Assembly: GCA_963744145.1 (NCBI GenBank)
Contig: CAVUSO010000001.1
Location: forward strand, 4,992,001-5,056,000
DNA from: an uncultured cyanobacterium
Lineage (GTDB): Bacteria > Cyanobacteriota > Cyanobacteriia > Cyanobacteriales > CAWUOF01
Direction of reading: 5' to 3'
DNA: 64,000 nt
Shown here: positions 29,408-41,250 of the stretch, piece by piece
Layout: every line of letters begins with the position of its first letter
Numbering within the stretch: the stretch's first letter is position 1
Notes under the pieces: model-generated
Told to the model about the DNA's origin: nothing
The model's database searches: none
What the model saw: only the letters and a program-made list of their open reading frames with translations
Program-made: the position numbers and the translations under genes

Positions 29408-29914
29408 AGGAATTGTCTGAGTTACTCCCGGTTACAAAAGAACGCAGCCAGTTGTTGCCTGTCGTTATTATTCCCATTTTTTAGCAAGAAAATTTATTGC
29501 TAAGGGTTTTTATGACTGACTACATGATTGTTTTGCAGTGGTATCGTTTTACTCAGGATTGATATCGGATTAGCTATCAATTGATTTACCTCTACTCCAA
29601 AAACTGACTAGCGTGAGAATTAAATAGGGTAAGATTGAATCGCGATTATTTTATTCGCGCAGGAATAATGATTTCCTATTGATCCTTAGCATACTTAAAT
29701 CTTCATTAAAAATGTGTGACCTTAGTTGTCGATTAGGCTAATCTTCATCACTGCTAATGGTGACTTTGATTTCCTCTCCACCTAATCTACATCACGGTTG
29801 ATTGTGATTTCGATTACAGCTATGCTTAATTTACACAAATATTTTTACCAATCCGGAAATATTGGGGTTGTAAATACTTGCCCGCCAGGATTGTTCACTT
29901 ATTGATAGTTTTTT

Positions 29915-30898
29915 TCAATAATTATTATATTCTGGCTTGACATCTCGGAGCATCAGTGCTTCTACTGAATCTTGAGGAGTAATTTTACCTTGGAGTAAGC
30001 GATAGACTTGATAAGAAATCGGTACAGCCATACCCTGTTGATGGGCAAGTTGAATTAAAACTTGGGTGGTATTGACTCCTTCGGCTGTACCCTGGAGGTT
30101 GACCAAAATTTCTGCTAGAGTCTGACCTTGGGCTAGTTGATAACCAATTTGGTAATTACGACTAAGAGGACTGTTACAGGTAGCCAATAAATCCCCTAAT
30201 CCTGACAAACCATAAAAAGTTTCGGTTTGCGCTCCCCAATGGGTGCCAATTCTGATAATTTCAGTTAAACCACGAGTTAATAAAGCTGCTTTGGCATTAG
30301 TGCCCAAGTTTAAGCCATCACAGACTCCTGCGGCGATCGCCATGACATTTTTTAGGGTGCCACCTAGTTCTACTCCCAAGGGATCGGCATTAGTATAAAC
30401 TCGGAAGGATGCAGATGAAAATACCATTTGCACCACTGTTGCGGCTTGGCTCACTTTACTAGCTACTACTGTTGCTGCTGGTAATCCTCGTTTAATTTCT
30501 TCCGATAAATTTGGTCCAGATAAGATCACTACTGGGTGAGTGGGAAAAAATTCCTGCCAAATTTGGGAGGGGGTACAAGTAGTCGATGGATCTAATCCTT
30601 TGGTAGCAGTAACAAAAATCGTGGCAGGATCGATATATAAGGAATTGATCTGGGTGACTACAGCTCTGACACCCTGCATTGATACAGCAGAAATGATCAT
30701 CTGAGCTGAGTCTAAAACTTGTTCGAGGCGATCGCCACAGCTCCGGGACCACACCTTGACTTTATGCCCATTTTTCCTAGCTAAATCAGCGAGGATCGAA
30801 CCCCAAGCACCACTACCAATCACCGCAATGGTTTTTTGCGAGTCGGAATGCTCCCAGGAATCTGGAAATTTTTGCTGATCTTGATCTACACCATCCAC
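29915..30898 (-). CDS. gpsA: NAD(P)H-dependent glycerol-3-phosphate dehydrogenase
   Basis: GSGAWG, TKG, SGPN, GGTLKNV, GLGDL, SRNY. Confidence 0.95.
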   Translation of the reverse strand: MDGVDQDQQKFPDSWEHSDSQKTIAVIGSGAWGSILADLARKNGHKVKVWSRSCGDRLEQVLDSAQMIISAVSMQGVRAVVTQINSLYIDPATIFVTATKGLDPSTTCTPSQIWQEFFPTHPVVILSGPNLSEEIKRGLPAATVVASKVSQAATVVQMVFSSASFRVYTNADPLGVELGGTLKNVMAIAAGVCDGLNLGTNAKAALLTRGLTEIIRIGTHWGAQTETFYGLSGLGDLLATCNSPLSRNYQIGYQLAQGQTLAEILVNLQGTAEGVNTTQVLIQLAHQQGMAVPISYQVYRLLQGKITPQDSVEALMLRDVKPEYNNY

Positions 30899-30904
30899 AT
30901 TTTT

Positions 30905-31783
30905 TTATCCTTTATTGCGGGGATAGAGTTCCATTAATGCTTTTACCTGTTCAGCATGATAGGAACTACGAGTCAGAGGTGAAGAAACTATTTGTAAGAA
31001 TCCGAGGGATTCGCCCAATTTTTGCCAATGCTCAAATTGTGCTGGAGTGACAAAATTTTCGACTTTTAGATGTTTTTGACTAGGTTGCAAGTATTGTCCG
31101 ATCGTTAATATGTCACAATCAACTGCCCGGAGTTCTTGCATCACCTCCTGAATTTCGGGATCTGTTTCTCCTAGTCCTACCATAATGCCGGATTTGGTGT
31201 AAACATGAGGAGCTAAAGATCGCGATCGCTTTAGTAGTTCCAATGTTCTGTGATAATCACCTTGAGGACGTACCCGTCGATATAAACGTGGTACTGTTTC
31301 TGTATTATGGTTTAGTACGTCCGGTCCAGCAGCAAGAATTGTTGCTAATGCTTGCCAATTTCCACATAAATCGGGGATCAGGACTTCAATAGTTGTATGT
31401 GGAGAAGTAGCCCGAACTGCTTCAATACAATGGACAAACTGGGAAGCACCCCCATCAGGTAAATCATCACGATTGACGGAAGTAATGACCAGATGGTTTA
31501 ACTTTAAACGCTTGACTGCTTCAGCTAATCGGATTGGTTCGGTCGGATCGAGGGGTTTTGGTTTTTTCTCAAAATCAATATCACAATAAGGACAAGCACG
31601 GGTACAAGCTGGTCCCATAATTAAGAAGGTTGCTGTGCCAACATAGAAACATTCACCAATATTGGGACAGGATGCTTCCTCACAGACAGTATTTAGGGAT
31701 AAATCCCGCAGAATTTCCTTAACATTACCTACGCGTTCCCACTGAGGTGCTTTTACCCGTAGCCAATCCGGTTTAACAACCAC
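30905..31783 (-). CDS. lipA: Lipoyl synthase
   Basis: [12 protein letters not shown] and CTRACPYC clusters, RSSY. Confidence 0.97.
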   Translation of the reverse strand: MVVKPDWLRVKAPQWERVGNVKEILRDLSLNTVCEEASCPNIGECFYVGTATFLIMGPACTRACPYCDIDFEKKPKPLDPTEPIRLAEAVKRLKLNHLVITSVNRDDLPDGGASQFVHCIEAVRATSPHTTIEVLIPDLCGNWQALATILAAGPDVLNHNTETVPRLYRRVRPQGDYHRTLELLKRSRSLAPHVYTKSGIMVGLGETDPEIQEVMQELRAVDCDILTIGQYLQPSQKHLKVENFVTPAQFEHWQKLGESLGFLQIVSSPLTRSSYHAEQVKALMELYPRNKG

Positions 31784-31949
31784 GCTTGCCTCTTCAATAA
31801 CTTGGTAAAAATTTACGCTTATTGCTAGCAGTTTCCTATCCTACCAGCTATCTCCTTTTTCTGGGAGGGAAATAAGTTTTGTGATTTACCTGTAATTTCT
31901 ACTTGTAATTATAGATTTTGTGATATAATGAGAAACGTATGTTTAAAAC

Positions 31950-32022
31950 CGGGATGTAGCGCAGCTTGGTAGCGCACCTCGTTCGGGACGAGGGGCCGCA
32001 GGTTCAAATCCTGTCATCCCGA
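31950..32022 (+). tRNA. tRNA-Pro (CGG)
   Basis: Cloverleaf CGGGATG...CATCCCGA; anticodon arm CCTCG-TTCGGGA-CGAGG; T arm GGTTCAAATCC; no encoded CCA. Confidence 0.95.
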
Positions 32023-32080
32023 TCGTCTGTCAGTATTTGTTGAAATTTACTAGCAGTTTCCCAATACCATAAAATTGAAC

Positions 32081-32115
32081 AAAAAAAACAGGACTGATAT
32101 TTAGTCCTGCTTTTT
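32081..32115. terminator. Probable bidirectional intrinsic terminator
   Basis: A-tract, CAGGACT..AGTCCTG stem and T-tract between the convergent tRNA and RTX genes. Confidence 0.75.
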
Positions 32116-32133
32116 CATTATTTCAATCCAGTT

Positions 32134-33735
32134 TTAGAAGAATACAATGTCAGTAGCTGCAAGGCTTACTGAATTTGAGAACTGGGCAACTTTGATTTCA
32201 TCACCAGCACTGCCGGTTACAGGATTAAAGTACAATCCTCCAGTTGTTGTATAAATTACTGATGCACTAGACGAACCAAATTGCGAAGTATTAGTACCGG
32301 TGTAGGTTGCGAAGTTATTCACGTTAAGAACACCTGCACTCAATGATGGGACATTAGTTCCAGCACCAGAAGGCAACTTGAGATAAAGCTTGTCTGTTCC
32401 ACTGATAAAGTCTGTGATTGTATCTACAGCACCATAACCAGAAGTACCAGTAGGAAAGACTCCCGAACTGCTAGCTGAACCAGCAACACCTGCGACAAAG
32501 TTTTGTGTTCCTACAGTAAGGGGGATAAAGAAAAAGTCCGTACCACCACCACCAGTTAGGGTATCGCCACCAGTACCACCAGCATACAGCCAGTCATTGC
32601 CAGCACCACCGTTGATCGAGTCACCGCCAGTACCGCCAAAGATGGTGTCATTACCAATACCACCTAATAAAGTGTTACCACTACCTGCCGCAGCAGCATT
32701 GATCAGGTCGTCGCCATCACCACCATTGGCAGTAGTCTTCCCGGTTGAGTTTAAAACGAAGATTGTGTCGTTGCCAAGATCGCCACTGAAATAAGCAGCT
32801 GAACCCCATAAATAGTCATCACCCTGACCACCGTATAGGGCGTTACCAACACCGAAACTAAATATGGTGTCATTACCCTGGTTACCATATAAAGTAGACA
32901 CGCTGGAGCCAGCAACCCCAGCACCAGCAGTAGGGGTGGACACCAGGTAGTCATCGCCCAGGCCACCAGATAAGGTGGCTTTTGTGCCAGTAGCAATCAG
33001 GGTATCATTGCCTAAATCACCAGAGCCATAAGCAAAAGTACCATAGAGGTAGTCATTGCCTTGGCCACCATAGAGGGTATCGTTTGTACCACCAAACAGA
33101 GTGTCATTACCTGCGTTACCGTATAACCAGTCTTTACCATCACCCACTAGGTAGTCATCGCCCAGACCACCAAGTAGGGTATTAGTTGTTAAACTACCGG
33201 ATGTTCCACCCGCAGCTATGACGGTATCGTTACCCACATCACCAGAGGCATATACTAAACCAGCTGAAGCAGTGATCAGAATGTAGTCATCGCCTTGGCC
33301 ACCAAAAACTGTATCTGCCTTACCAGCAGCGGTTATGCTGTCATTACCTTGGTTACCATAAACCAGACTGGCACCACTGGTACTGCCAGTAACAATGGTG
33401 TCAGCGGCACCACTAACACCGCTATTTAGTGGGAACTGTGGAGAAGCATCACCATAAATAGTATCTGCACCTACTGTGCCATATATACTATCAGCATCAG
33501 CACCACCAACTAATAGCGCACCACCAACGGTGCTGATGAGTGTATCAGTACCTTGGTCACCGGAAAGTGTATCGTTTCGAGCGCGAGATATAAGGGTATC
33601 AGCACCCTGGTTACCATAAATTAAGCTACCACCAGCTAATGCTGATGAGAGTAGGTCATTACCACCTAAACCAAAAACAGTGTCAGAATTAACTAAACTG
33701 TAAGTATCGTCTTGTGGGCTAAGATATGTTGTCAT
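32134..33735 (-). CDS. RTX (hemolysin-type Ca-binding repeat) Gly/Ser/Thr-rich surface protein
   Basis: Many GGxGxDxLx nonamers; DTITDF motif; no Sec signal peptide; C-terminal LAATDIVFF typical of type I secretion substrates. Confidence 0.9.
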   Translation of the reverse strand: MTTYLSPQDDTYSLVNSDTVFGLGGNDLLSSALAGGSLIYGNQGADTLISRARNDTLSGDQGTDTLISTVGGALLVGGADADSIYGTVGADTIYGDASPQFPLNSGVSGAADTIVTGSTSGASLVYGNQGNDSITAAGKADTVFGGQGDDYILITASAGLVYASGDVGNDTVIAAGGTSGSLTTNTLLGGLGDDYLVGDGKDWLYGNAGNDTLFGGTNDTLYGGQGNDYLYGTFAYGSGDLGNDTLIATGTKATLSGGLGDDYLVSTPTAGAGVAGSSVSTLYGNQGNDTIFSFGVGNALYGGQGDDYLWGSAAYFSGDLGNDTIFVLNSTGKTTANGGDGDDLINAAAAGSGNTLLGGIGNDTIFGGTGGDSINGGAGNDWLYAGGTGGDTLTGGGGTDFFFIPLTVGTQNFVAGVAGSASSSGVFPTGTSGYGAVDTITDFISGTDKLYLKLPSGAGTNVPSLSAGVLNVNNFATYTGTNTSQFGSSSASVIYTTTGGLYFNPVTGSAGDEIKVAQFSNSVSLAATDIVFF

Positions 33736-34387
33736 TTACGGGTCTTCTCCTCTTAGTTTGGTTGTCCTGTGATTTTTGCCATTTCCGTCACTACCTCACG
33801 CATTTGCCTTGGTTGAGCAATGGTTTTACTTTATTAACCCGCTGTCAGTCTAACTTACTTGGCAGTTTCCTGTCTAGATGACCATGAGAATGGTAAATCT
33901 TTTGATCTTAATTGACCATTTTATTTTGTCTTTCTCATGTCCTAAATATATATTATATGATTGACAAGTAGGCTTTTTTGTGTTGACAAAAAGGTTTGTG
34001 ATTTTCTAAGACGAGAGAGAAGTCTCAAAAGTTCCTAGAATTTATGGAAATTTCTCTGTGGTATTTATAAAACATACCAAGGCATTCAGATCAGTGATCA
34101 TCGCTAAACTACTTTTTTTCCTCCTGATTGGCCTTGCCAAGGTATTTACTTAAAGTCTAGCATAAGGTTATTATTTATGTTTGGTGATAAAAATCACAAT
34201 CGTGCTAAATAGAAGTATGGAAAATCTGCTTTTTAATCGTCATGTTCAAACAATAGGACATGATCGATCAAATAAATCTCTCTAAGGGCTGGTTTGGTCC
34301 GCATCCAATCAGCAGATCCTTATTAAATTGGAGCAAAGATGAGAGGAATTTTAATTTGGGAAAACTTGTCATAAAATTTTCTAAAGT

Positions 34388-35932
34388 ATGTTAACAAAAA
34401 ATACGGAAAAATATCTGGACTTTGAAACCTGTCAAAATGTAATTGGTCCTCTACGACATCAAGGACAGAAAATTGTTTTGTGTCATGGTGTATTCGATTT
34501 ACTTCATCCAGGGCATATATCCCATTTGCAGGAAGCTAAAGCAATGGGAGATGTGTTAGTTGTCTCAATTACTTCAGCACCTTATGTGAATCGAGGACCG
34601 GGAAGACCAGTTTTTTCCGATGATCTGCGACTTTATTCTTTAGCCTCTCTTGCTTGTGTAGACTATGTCTTACTGGCTCCTGTTGTTACTGCTTTAGAGG
34701 TAATTGACCGAGTCCAACCAGATTTTTACTGTAAGGGACATGAATATGCGGATTTTAGCAAGGATGTCACTAAAAATATTGACCGCGAAGCTGAACGGGT
34801 CAGAGCTTATGGTGGAGATGTCCGCTATGCTGGAGAAATTGTCTTTAGTTCAACCAGATTAATTAATAATTATTTGGATGTTCTCCCACCTCAAATCAAA
34901 AATTATGCTAGTGGGTTCATTCAGCAATATCCCTTTGAGCAAGTACGGGATGGGATCGAAGCCATGCAAAAATTAAAGGTTTTAGTGTTGGGTGATGTGA
35001 TTATTGATGAATTTATTCATTGTACTGTACAGGGATTAACTTCAAAAGGTAGAGTGATTTCCAGCAGGTTTTTGAAAAAAGAACAGCATCTTGGTGGATC
35101 TCTGGCGATCGCCCGTCATCTTGCTAGTTTTGTCGATTCGGTTACAATTGCTGGTGTGGTGGGCAATGAACCCACTATCCATAGTTTAATTTTAAATAAC
35201 ATTAACGGTGGCATCAAGCTGGATTTACAATATGAACAAGACTATCCAACTATAATTAAACGTCGTTATATTGAGCGACAAGGTATAAGAGAAAATTATA
35301 CTAAACTGTTTTCGATTAACTATCTGCAAGAAGAAGGACCATCACCAAGCCAACGAGAAAAGTTACTTACTCGTTTAGAAAAAACCATTAAGGATTACGA
35401 CTTATTGATTTTAGCAGATTATGGACATGGATTAATTGATCAGCAAATGATGAATCTAGTCCAAACCCAAGCCCAATTTCTAGCCCTGAATTGTCAAACC
35501 AACAGTGCTAATCATGGCTATAATTTAATTACTAAATACAAAAAAGCTGATTCATTTTGCTTAGATGAACAAGAGATGCGATTAGCGTTTTCTAGTCGTT
35601 ATGGTGATCATGCCCATTTATTAAAACGTTTATACCAACATTTAGGAGCACAGCAAGGTTGGTTAACTTTGGGTTCTGCTGGGTCTTTGGGAATTAATAG
35701 TGCAGGAGAAGAGTTAACTCCAGCATTGACCCTAGATGTAAAAGATACCATTGGTGCTGGAGATGCTTTTTTTGCTTTAGCCAGTTTGAGTGCTAAGTTA
35801 GAATTACCATTACCTATTGGTTCCTTGTTGGGGAATTTAGCAGGTGCGATCGCAGCTAATGTCCTCGGTAATGCTCAACCGGTCGAAAAAGCAAAATTAT
35901 TAAAATTTGCGACTACGGTTCTAAAATTTTAG
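34388..35932 (+). CDS. Bifunctional nucleotidyltransferase + PfkB kinase (HldE/RfaE-like, reversed domain order)
   Basis: N-terminal HGVFDLLHPGH; C-terminal VLGDVIID, DYGHG, DTIGAGDAF. Confidence 0.88.
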   Translation: MLTKNTEKYLDFETCQNVIGPLRHQGQKIVLCHGVFDLLHPGHISHLQEAKAMGDVLVVSITSAPYVNRGPGRPVFSDDLRLYSLASLACVDYVLLAPVVTALEVIDRVQPDFYCKGHEYADFSKDVTKNIDREAERVRAYGGDVRYAGEIVFSSTRLINNYLDVLPPQIKNYASGFIQQYPFEQVRDGIEAMQKLKVLVLGDVIIDEFIHCTVQGLTSKGRVISSRFLKKEQHLGGSLAIARHLASFVDSVTIAGVVGNEPTIHSLILNNINGGIKLDLQYEQDYPTIIKRRYIERQGIRENYTKLFSINYLQEEGPSPSQREKLLTRLEKTIKDYDLLILADYGHGLIDQQMMNLVQTQAQFLALNCQTNSANHGYNLITKYKKADSFCLDEQEMRLAFSSRYGDHAHLLKRLYQHLGAQQGWLTLGSAGSLGINSAGEELTPALTLDVKDTIGAGDAFFALASLSAKLELPLPIGSLLGNLAGAIAANVLGNAQPVEKAKLLKFATTVLKF

Positions 35933-35945
35933 ATGAGGAGCAAAT

Positions 35946-36641
35946 ATGCAAAGAGAACGGGCGATCGCAATTCTAGAGCAACATCAAGCAGAAATTCAAT
36001 CTTTGGGAGTCAAATCTTTAGCTTTATTTGGTTCGGTGGCACGGGATCAAGCTGAACCTGATAGTGATGTGGATTTATTAGTAGAATTTGATGAAAATCA
36101 ATGTCCTAAAGGATTTGCTTTTTTTGAAATCGAAGACTATTTCGTCAATTTACTAGGTAGGTCTGTTGATTTAGTTGAACCACATTTAATCAAACTCCGT
36201 TTGCAAAAAAGAATCCTCAACAAATCTGTTCCCATCTTCCCCATTGTTAATGGTAAAACTAGGACTTATCCGCTCCCTATCTACGGTATGACAGCAAAAG
36301 ATTGGAAAATCTATATAGATGATATTCTAGATGCTATGAGTAAAATTCAGCGTTATACCCAAGGAATATCTTTTGAGGATTTTGAGGCAAATGAAGAAAA
36401 AGTTGACGCGGTAATTCGTAATATTAGTATTATTGGTGAAGCGGCTAGTAAAATGTTACAGGAAGCCAAGGAAGTTGCTCAAAAATATCCCCAAGTACCT
36501 TGGGAAGGAATGAGAAATATCTGGAACCGGACTATCCATGATTACCGAAATATATCCCTAGCAAAAATCTGGATAGCTGTTCAGGATATTCCTCATCAGC
36601 ACCAACTATTAAATCAACTTTTGGAACTAGAAGGAGAATAA
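35946..36641 (+). CDS. Fused minimal nucleotidyltransferase (MntA) - HEPN/DUF86 protein
   Basis: FGSVARDQ..DSDVDLL then IDDILDAM..IIGEA..PW...IHDY in a single frame. Confidence 0.85.
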   Translation: MQRERAIAILEQHQAEIQSLGVKSLALFGSVARDQAEPDSDVDLLVEFDENQCPKGFAFFEIEDYFVNLLGRSVDLVEPHLIKLRLQKRILNKSVPIFPIVNGKTRTYPLPIYGMTAKDWKIYIDDILDAMSKIQRYTQGISFEDFEANEEKVDAVIRNISIIGEAASKMLQEAKEVAQKYPQVPWEGMRNIWNRTIHDYRNISLAKIWIAVQDIPHQHQLLNQLLELEGE

Positions 36642-36647
36642 AAACCA

Positions 36648-37799
36648 ATGAGTAACATTCAAGAAGTTCTGGTAACAGGTGGAGCAGGTTATGTTGGTGC
36701 GGTCTTAGTACCTAAATTATTACAAGCAGGATATCGGGTAAAGGTCATCGATCTATATATATATGGAGAAGATGTTCTAAAATCCGTTAAAAATCATCCT
36801 CATCTAGAGGAGATTAAAGGAGATATTCGCGATCGCTCCTTATTAGAAAAAATCCTACCTGGATGTGATGCTGTCATTCATTTAGCTTGTATTTCTAACG
36901 ATCCTAGTTTTGAATTAAACCCAGAATTGGGTAAATCAATTAACTACGATGCTTTTATAGATTTAGTCGATGTGGCGAAAAATAGTGGAGTCAAACGGTT
37001 TATTTATGCTTCATCTTCAAGTGTTTATGGAATCAAAGAAACGGAAAATGTGACCGAAGAATTAGCACTACAACCTTTAACTGACTATTCCAAATATAAA
37101 GCATTATGTGAAGAAGTGCTATTATCTAAACGGGAAAAAGGATTTGTCACATTAATCTTACGTCCAGCAACAGTATGTGGTTATTCTCCAAGATTGCGTT
37201 TAGATTTAACCGTCAATATTCTTACTAATCATGCTGTTAATAATGGGAAAATAACTGTTTTTGGTGGTCAGCAAAAACGTCCAAATATTCATATTCAGGA
37301 TATGACTGATCTTTACATCAAATCTCTTCAGTGGCAAGATCAAGAGATTGATGGAAAAATTTTTAATGCGGGTTATGAAAATCATCAGGTATTAGAAATT
37401 GCTGAGATTATTCGTAAATCCGTGGGAGAACAGGTAGAAATTATTACTACTCCCACCGATGACCATCGTTCTTATCATATTTCCTCTGAGAAAATTAAGC
37501 AAGAACTAGGATTTATTCCCCAACATACGATCGAAGAAGCAGTCCAAGATTTAGTCACAGCATTCCAAGCTAATCAAATTCCCAATCCGATGACTGATAT
37601 TCCCCCGACAGATGATCACCGTTCTTACCATATCTCTTCTGAAAAAATTAAGCAGGAATTAGGATTTGTACCTCAACATACTATAGAGGAAGCAGTGCAA
37701 GATTTAGTAAAAGCATTTAAAAATGATCAAATTCCCAATGCCATGACTGATATTCGCTACTATAATATCAAAATGATGCAGGCGCTAAAACTCAAGTGA
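36648..37799 (+). CDS. NAD-dependent sugar epimerase/dehydratase with duplicated C-terminal segment
   Basis: TGGAGYVG, SSSSVYG, YSKYK; ~51-aa tandem duplication. Confidence 0.9.
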   Translation: MSNIQEVLVTGGAGYVGAVLVPKLLQAGYRVKVIDLYIYGEDVLKSVKNHPHLEEIKGDIRDRSLLEKILPGCDAVIHLACISNDPSFELNPELGKSINYDAFIDLVDVAKNSGVKRFIYASSSSVYGIKETENVTEELALQPLTDYSKYKALCEEVLLSKREKGFVTLILRPATVCGYSPRLRLDLTVNILTNHAVNNGKITVFGGQQKRPNIHIQDMTDLYIKSLQWQDQEIDGKIFNAGYENHQVLEIAEIIRKSVGEQVEIITTPTDDHRSYHISSEKIKQELGFIPQHTIEEAVQDLVTAFQANQIPNPMTDIPPTDDHRSYHISSEKIKQELGFVPQHTIEEAVQDLVKAFKNDQIPNAMTDIRYYNIKMMQALKLK

Positions 37800-38433
37800 T
37801 TGACAATATAAATTGTACGATTGGGATTGATTTTGATAATACCATTGTCACCTATGATGACCTCATGTACTCTTTAGCAATGGAAATGGGTTTAATTAAT
37901 CCAGCAGTAAGGAAAAGTAAAAAACTAATTCGGGATAACATTCGTGAGTTACCTGATGGAGAAATAGAATGGCAAAAATTACAAGGTTTGGTCTATGGTC
38001 CAAAATGGGAGAAGCCAAATTAATCGAAGGAGTACAGGAGTTTTTTAGCTGTTGTCAATCAAGAAGAATTAAGACATATATTGTCAGTCATAAAACCGAG
38101 TATGCTAATTACGATCCCACTAAAACTAATTTGCGATCGGCTGCTCTCAATTGGATGCAAAATCAAAACTTTTTTGATAAAAACACCTTAAATCTATCCA
38201 TAGATCAGGTTTATTTTGAATCGACTAGAGCAGAAAAAATTCAACGTATAGCTAGTTTAGGATGTACCCATTTTATTGACGATTTAGAAGAGACATTTTT
38301 AGAAAAGTCTTTTCCTAATCACATCCAAAAAATTCTCTATGCTCCGCATCAAGAACATTCTCAGTTATCAGGAGTAAAAATTACTAGCAGTTGGAAAGAG
38401 ATCAATGAATATTTATTCAACATCAGAAACTGA
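37796..38433 (+). CDS. HAD-like hydrolase (frameshifted near 38000)
   Basis: GIDFDNT in the first frame; VSHK and HFIDD in the second. Confidence 0.7.
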
Positions 38434-39472
38434 ACAAGAATTTTCCCAACTTCAAACAGTTACATCTCGATTATTGGAACGACAAGTAACTAATATTACT
38501 AGAATTGCTGGAGGGAAAAATAGTAGAGTTTATCGGCTCAATTGCGGTCAATCTGAACAATATGCAGCTAAGGTTTATTTTCGACATAATTCAGATCAAA
38601 GAAATCGGTTAGCAAATGAATTTGCTAGTCTCCAGTTTCTCTGGAACAATCAGATCAGGAACATTCCCCAACCTGTAGCAGCAGATCAAGTTTATGGATG
38701 TGGTATTTATGAATATATAGAAGGACAAAGAATTAGATCATCAGAAATAACTAATACCGAAATTGATACAGCAGTCAGATTTTTAATTAAGTTGGAAAGC
38801 TTGAAATATCACCAAGGTAGTGGACATTACCAGTAGCATCGGAGGCTTTTTTTTCAGTTAAAGGAATTTTAGAAAATATTGAAAGTCGTTTAGGACGATT
38901 ACAAGCAATTAAGATCCAAAATATCCAATATATTGCCTTGACAGAATTTATCAATCGGGAATTAATCCCAGCATTGAATAATCTAAAAATTTGGTGTCAT
39001 GATCGACTAAATAAATGGCAAATTTCCCCCAAATAACGAAATAGATATAGAACAAAGAACACTAAGTCCTTCCGATTTTGGTTTTCACAATGCTTTAAGG
39101 CGAAATAATGGTGAAATAGTTTTTGTAGATTTTGAATATTTTCGTTCGGACGATCCAGCTAAAACTATATCTGATTTCTTGCTCCATCCAGCAATGGAGT
39201 TAAAAGAGAATTTTAAAAAGCAATTTGTCGCTCAGATGCTAGGAGGATTGTCGGGTCATGGTAATCTAGCGAGACGATGGGAGATATTTTATCCCCTCTT
39301 TGGGATAAAGTGGTGTTTGATTCTTTTGAACGAGTTTGTTCCTCAAGACTTGCTCAGACGAGATTTTGCGATCGCGAGTGACCTTGACCGGAGTAAACTC
39401 CATAAGGAACAGTTACCCAAAGCCAAACAAATGTTCAATGAAATTTTGAGAGAATATGAACACTGCCCCTAA
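38405..39472 (+). CDS. Aminoglycoside-phosphotransferase-like kinase (frameshifted)
   Basis: GGKNSRVY; SPSDFGFHNA and VDFEYF read at ~39060-39140. Confidence 0.7.
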
Positions 39473-40312
39473 GTAGCTGAAGCCCTGACAAATAATCAAT
39501 CTAGCCTAGATAGCCGATCGCGAGAACTCCGAAAATAAATTGAAAATGCTAGCGACCAGTGGTAGAGGTCATTTAGGTTCAGCTTTTTCCCTGGTAGAAA
39601 TATTAAGGGTATTATACGATGAGGTCTTGCGTTATGACCCACAAAATCCTCAAGCTCCAGCACGCGATCGCTGTATTTTGTCTAAAGGTCATGGTTGTTT
39701 AGCTTTATATCCGATCCTGGCTGAAAAAGGTTTTTTCCCCGAATCAGAATTATGGAAATTCTGTCGAACAAACTAAAGATCTCGGTGGGCATCCAGAATA
39801 TGGTAAAGTACCAGGAATAGAAGCTTCAACCGGAAGTTTAGGACATGGTTTATCCGATCGGGATCGGCTTTGCAATTAATGCTCGGTATGAAAAAGCTGA
39901 TTACCACACTTTTGTAATTCTTGGTGATGGTGAATCTAATGAAGGTTCAATCTGGGAAGCTGCGATGTGTGCGGGTAAACACAAATTGAGTAATTTAACG
40001 GTATTGATAGATTATAACAAACATCAGTCCTACGGTAGTACCTACGAAGTTCAAGATTTAGAACCTCTAGCAGATAAGTGAGAAGGCATTTGGTTTTGCC
40101 GCAACAGAGGTCGGAATGGTCATAATCTAGAAGAATTGCGATCAGTTTTAAAAAATTTACCTCTGGAAGCAAATAAACCAACAGCAATAGTTTGCCATAC
40201 CATCAAGGGTAAAGGCGTTAAGTTCACCGAAAATAATTTGAAATGGCATCACAAAAGTAGAGTCTCAGATGAAGAATATCGTTCACTGCTAGCAGCACTG
40301 GAGGTAAACTAA
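39456..40312 (+). CDS. Transketolase N-terminal subunit (frameshifted)
   Basis: GHLGS, ILSKGH, GGHPE, STGSLGHG, GDGE, HTIKGKG across frames. Confidence 0.85.
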
Positions 40313-41248
40313 TGCGCCAAGAATGTCTGAGAATGTTAGTTTGCCCAATTAGCCAAGCAAGATCCTCGGATTTTCTTTATCGGGTCAGATTTAGGGTTTG
40401 GTACTTTAACACAATTTAAAGAAGAAATACCAGACCGATTTTTGATGGAAGGTGTTAACGAAGCTAATATTATCGGGATGGCAGCAGGATTAGCTTTAGC
40501 AGGGAAAATAGTTTATGTAAATACTATTGCTACTTTTCTAAGCCGTCGGTGTTTTGAGCAAATTGTCTTAGATTTATGTTTGCATGACGTTAAAGTGCGT
40601 TTGATTAGAAATGGCGGTGGTGTGGTTTATGCTCCCTTCGGACCAAACCATCTCGCAGTGGAAGATATCGCAATTCTGCGACCCCTACCGAATATGCGCC
40701 CATAGTAGTCCCCTGTGATGCCGATGAAATGATTCGGTTGATGAATCAGAGTGTAGATTGGCCCATCCTATTTATATCCGTGTGGCTAAAGGTGATCCAG
40801 GCGATCGTTAGTAAAGAAGAGCATGGCTTTAAGATTGGTAAAGCGATTTTACTGCGAGAACCAGGTACAGGTTTATTTGTGACCACCGGTGTAATGACCC
40901 AGTTAGCTCTCCAAGCTGCTGAACAGATGGAAGAAGCAGGGATTTCCTGTGGAGTCTTTCACATCCATACCGTTAAACCCCTTGATCAGGAAGCTCTTAG
41001 TCATTGGTTACCTAGAGTTCAAGGTGTGGTGACAGTAGAAGAGCATACCCGCATTGGTGGATTAGGTAGTGCAGTGCTGGAATTTTGTAGTGATGAAATG
41101 CCAGAACAAACGGTTAAAATACATCGGATCGGTATTCCCGATCGCTTTGCTGATCAGTATGGTAGCCAAAACTCACTCCTGGCTCATTGGGGGGTAAACG
41201 GTTGACTCTCTCTGTACTGCTATGTGTCAAAAACTTCACAATTCTTGA
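40312..41248 (+). CDS. Transketolase C-terminal subunit (frameshifted)
   Basis: GSDLG, EANIIGMAAGLA, GPNH, TVEEH..GGLGSAV. Confidence 0.85.
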
Positions 41249-41250
41249 TC

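Noticed and set aside
31950..32022. tRNA-Pro as the integration site of the glycan island
   Set aside because: No integrase and no duplicated tRNA 3' end were seen in the window; adjacency alone is insufficient
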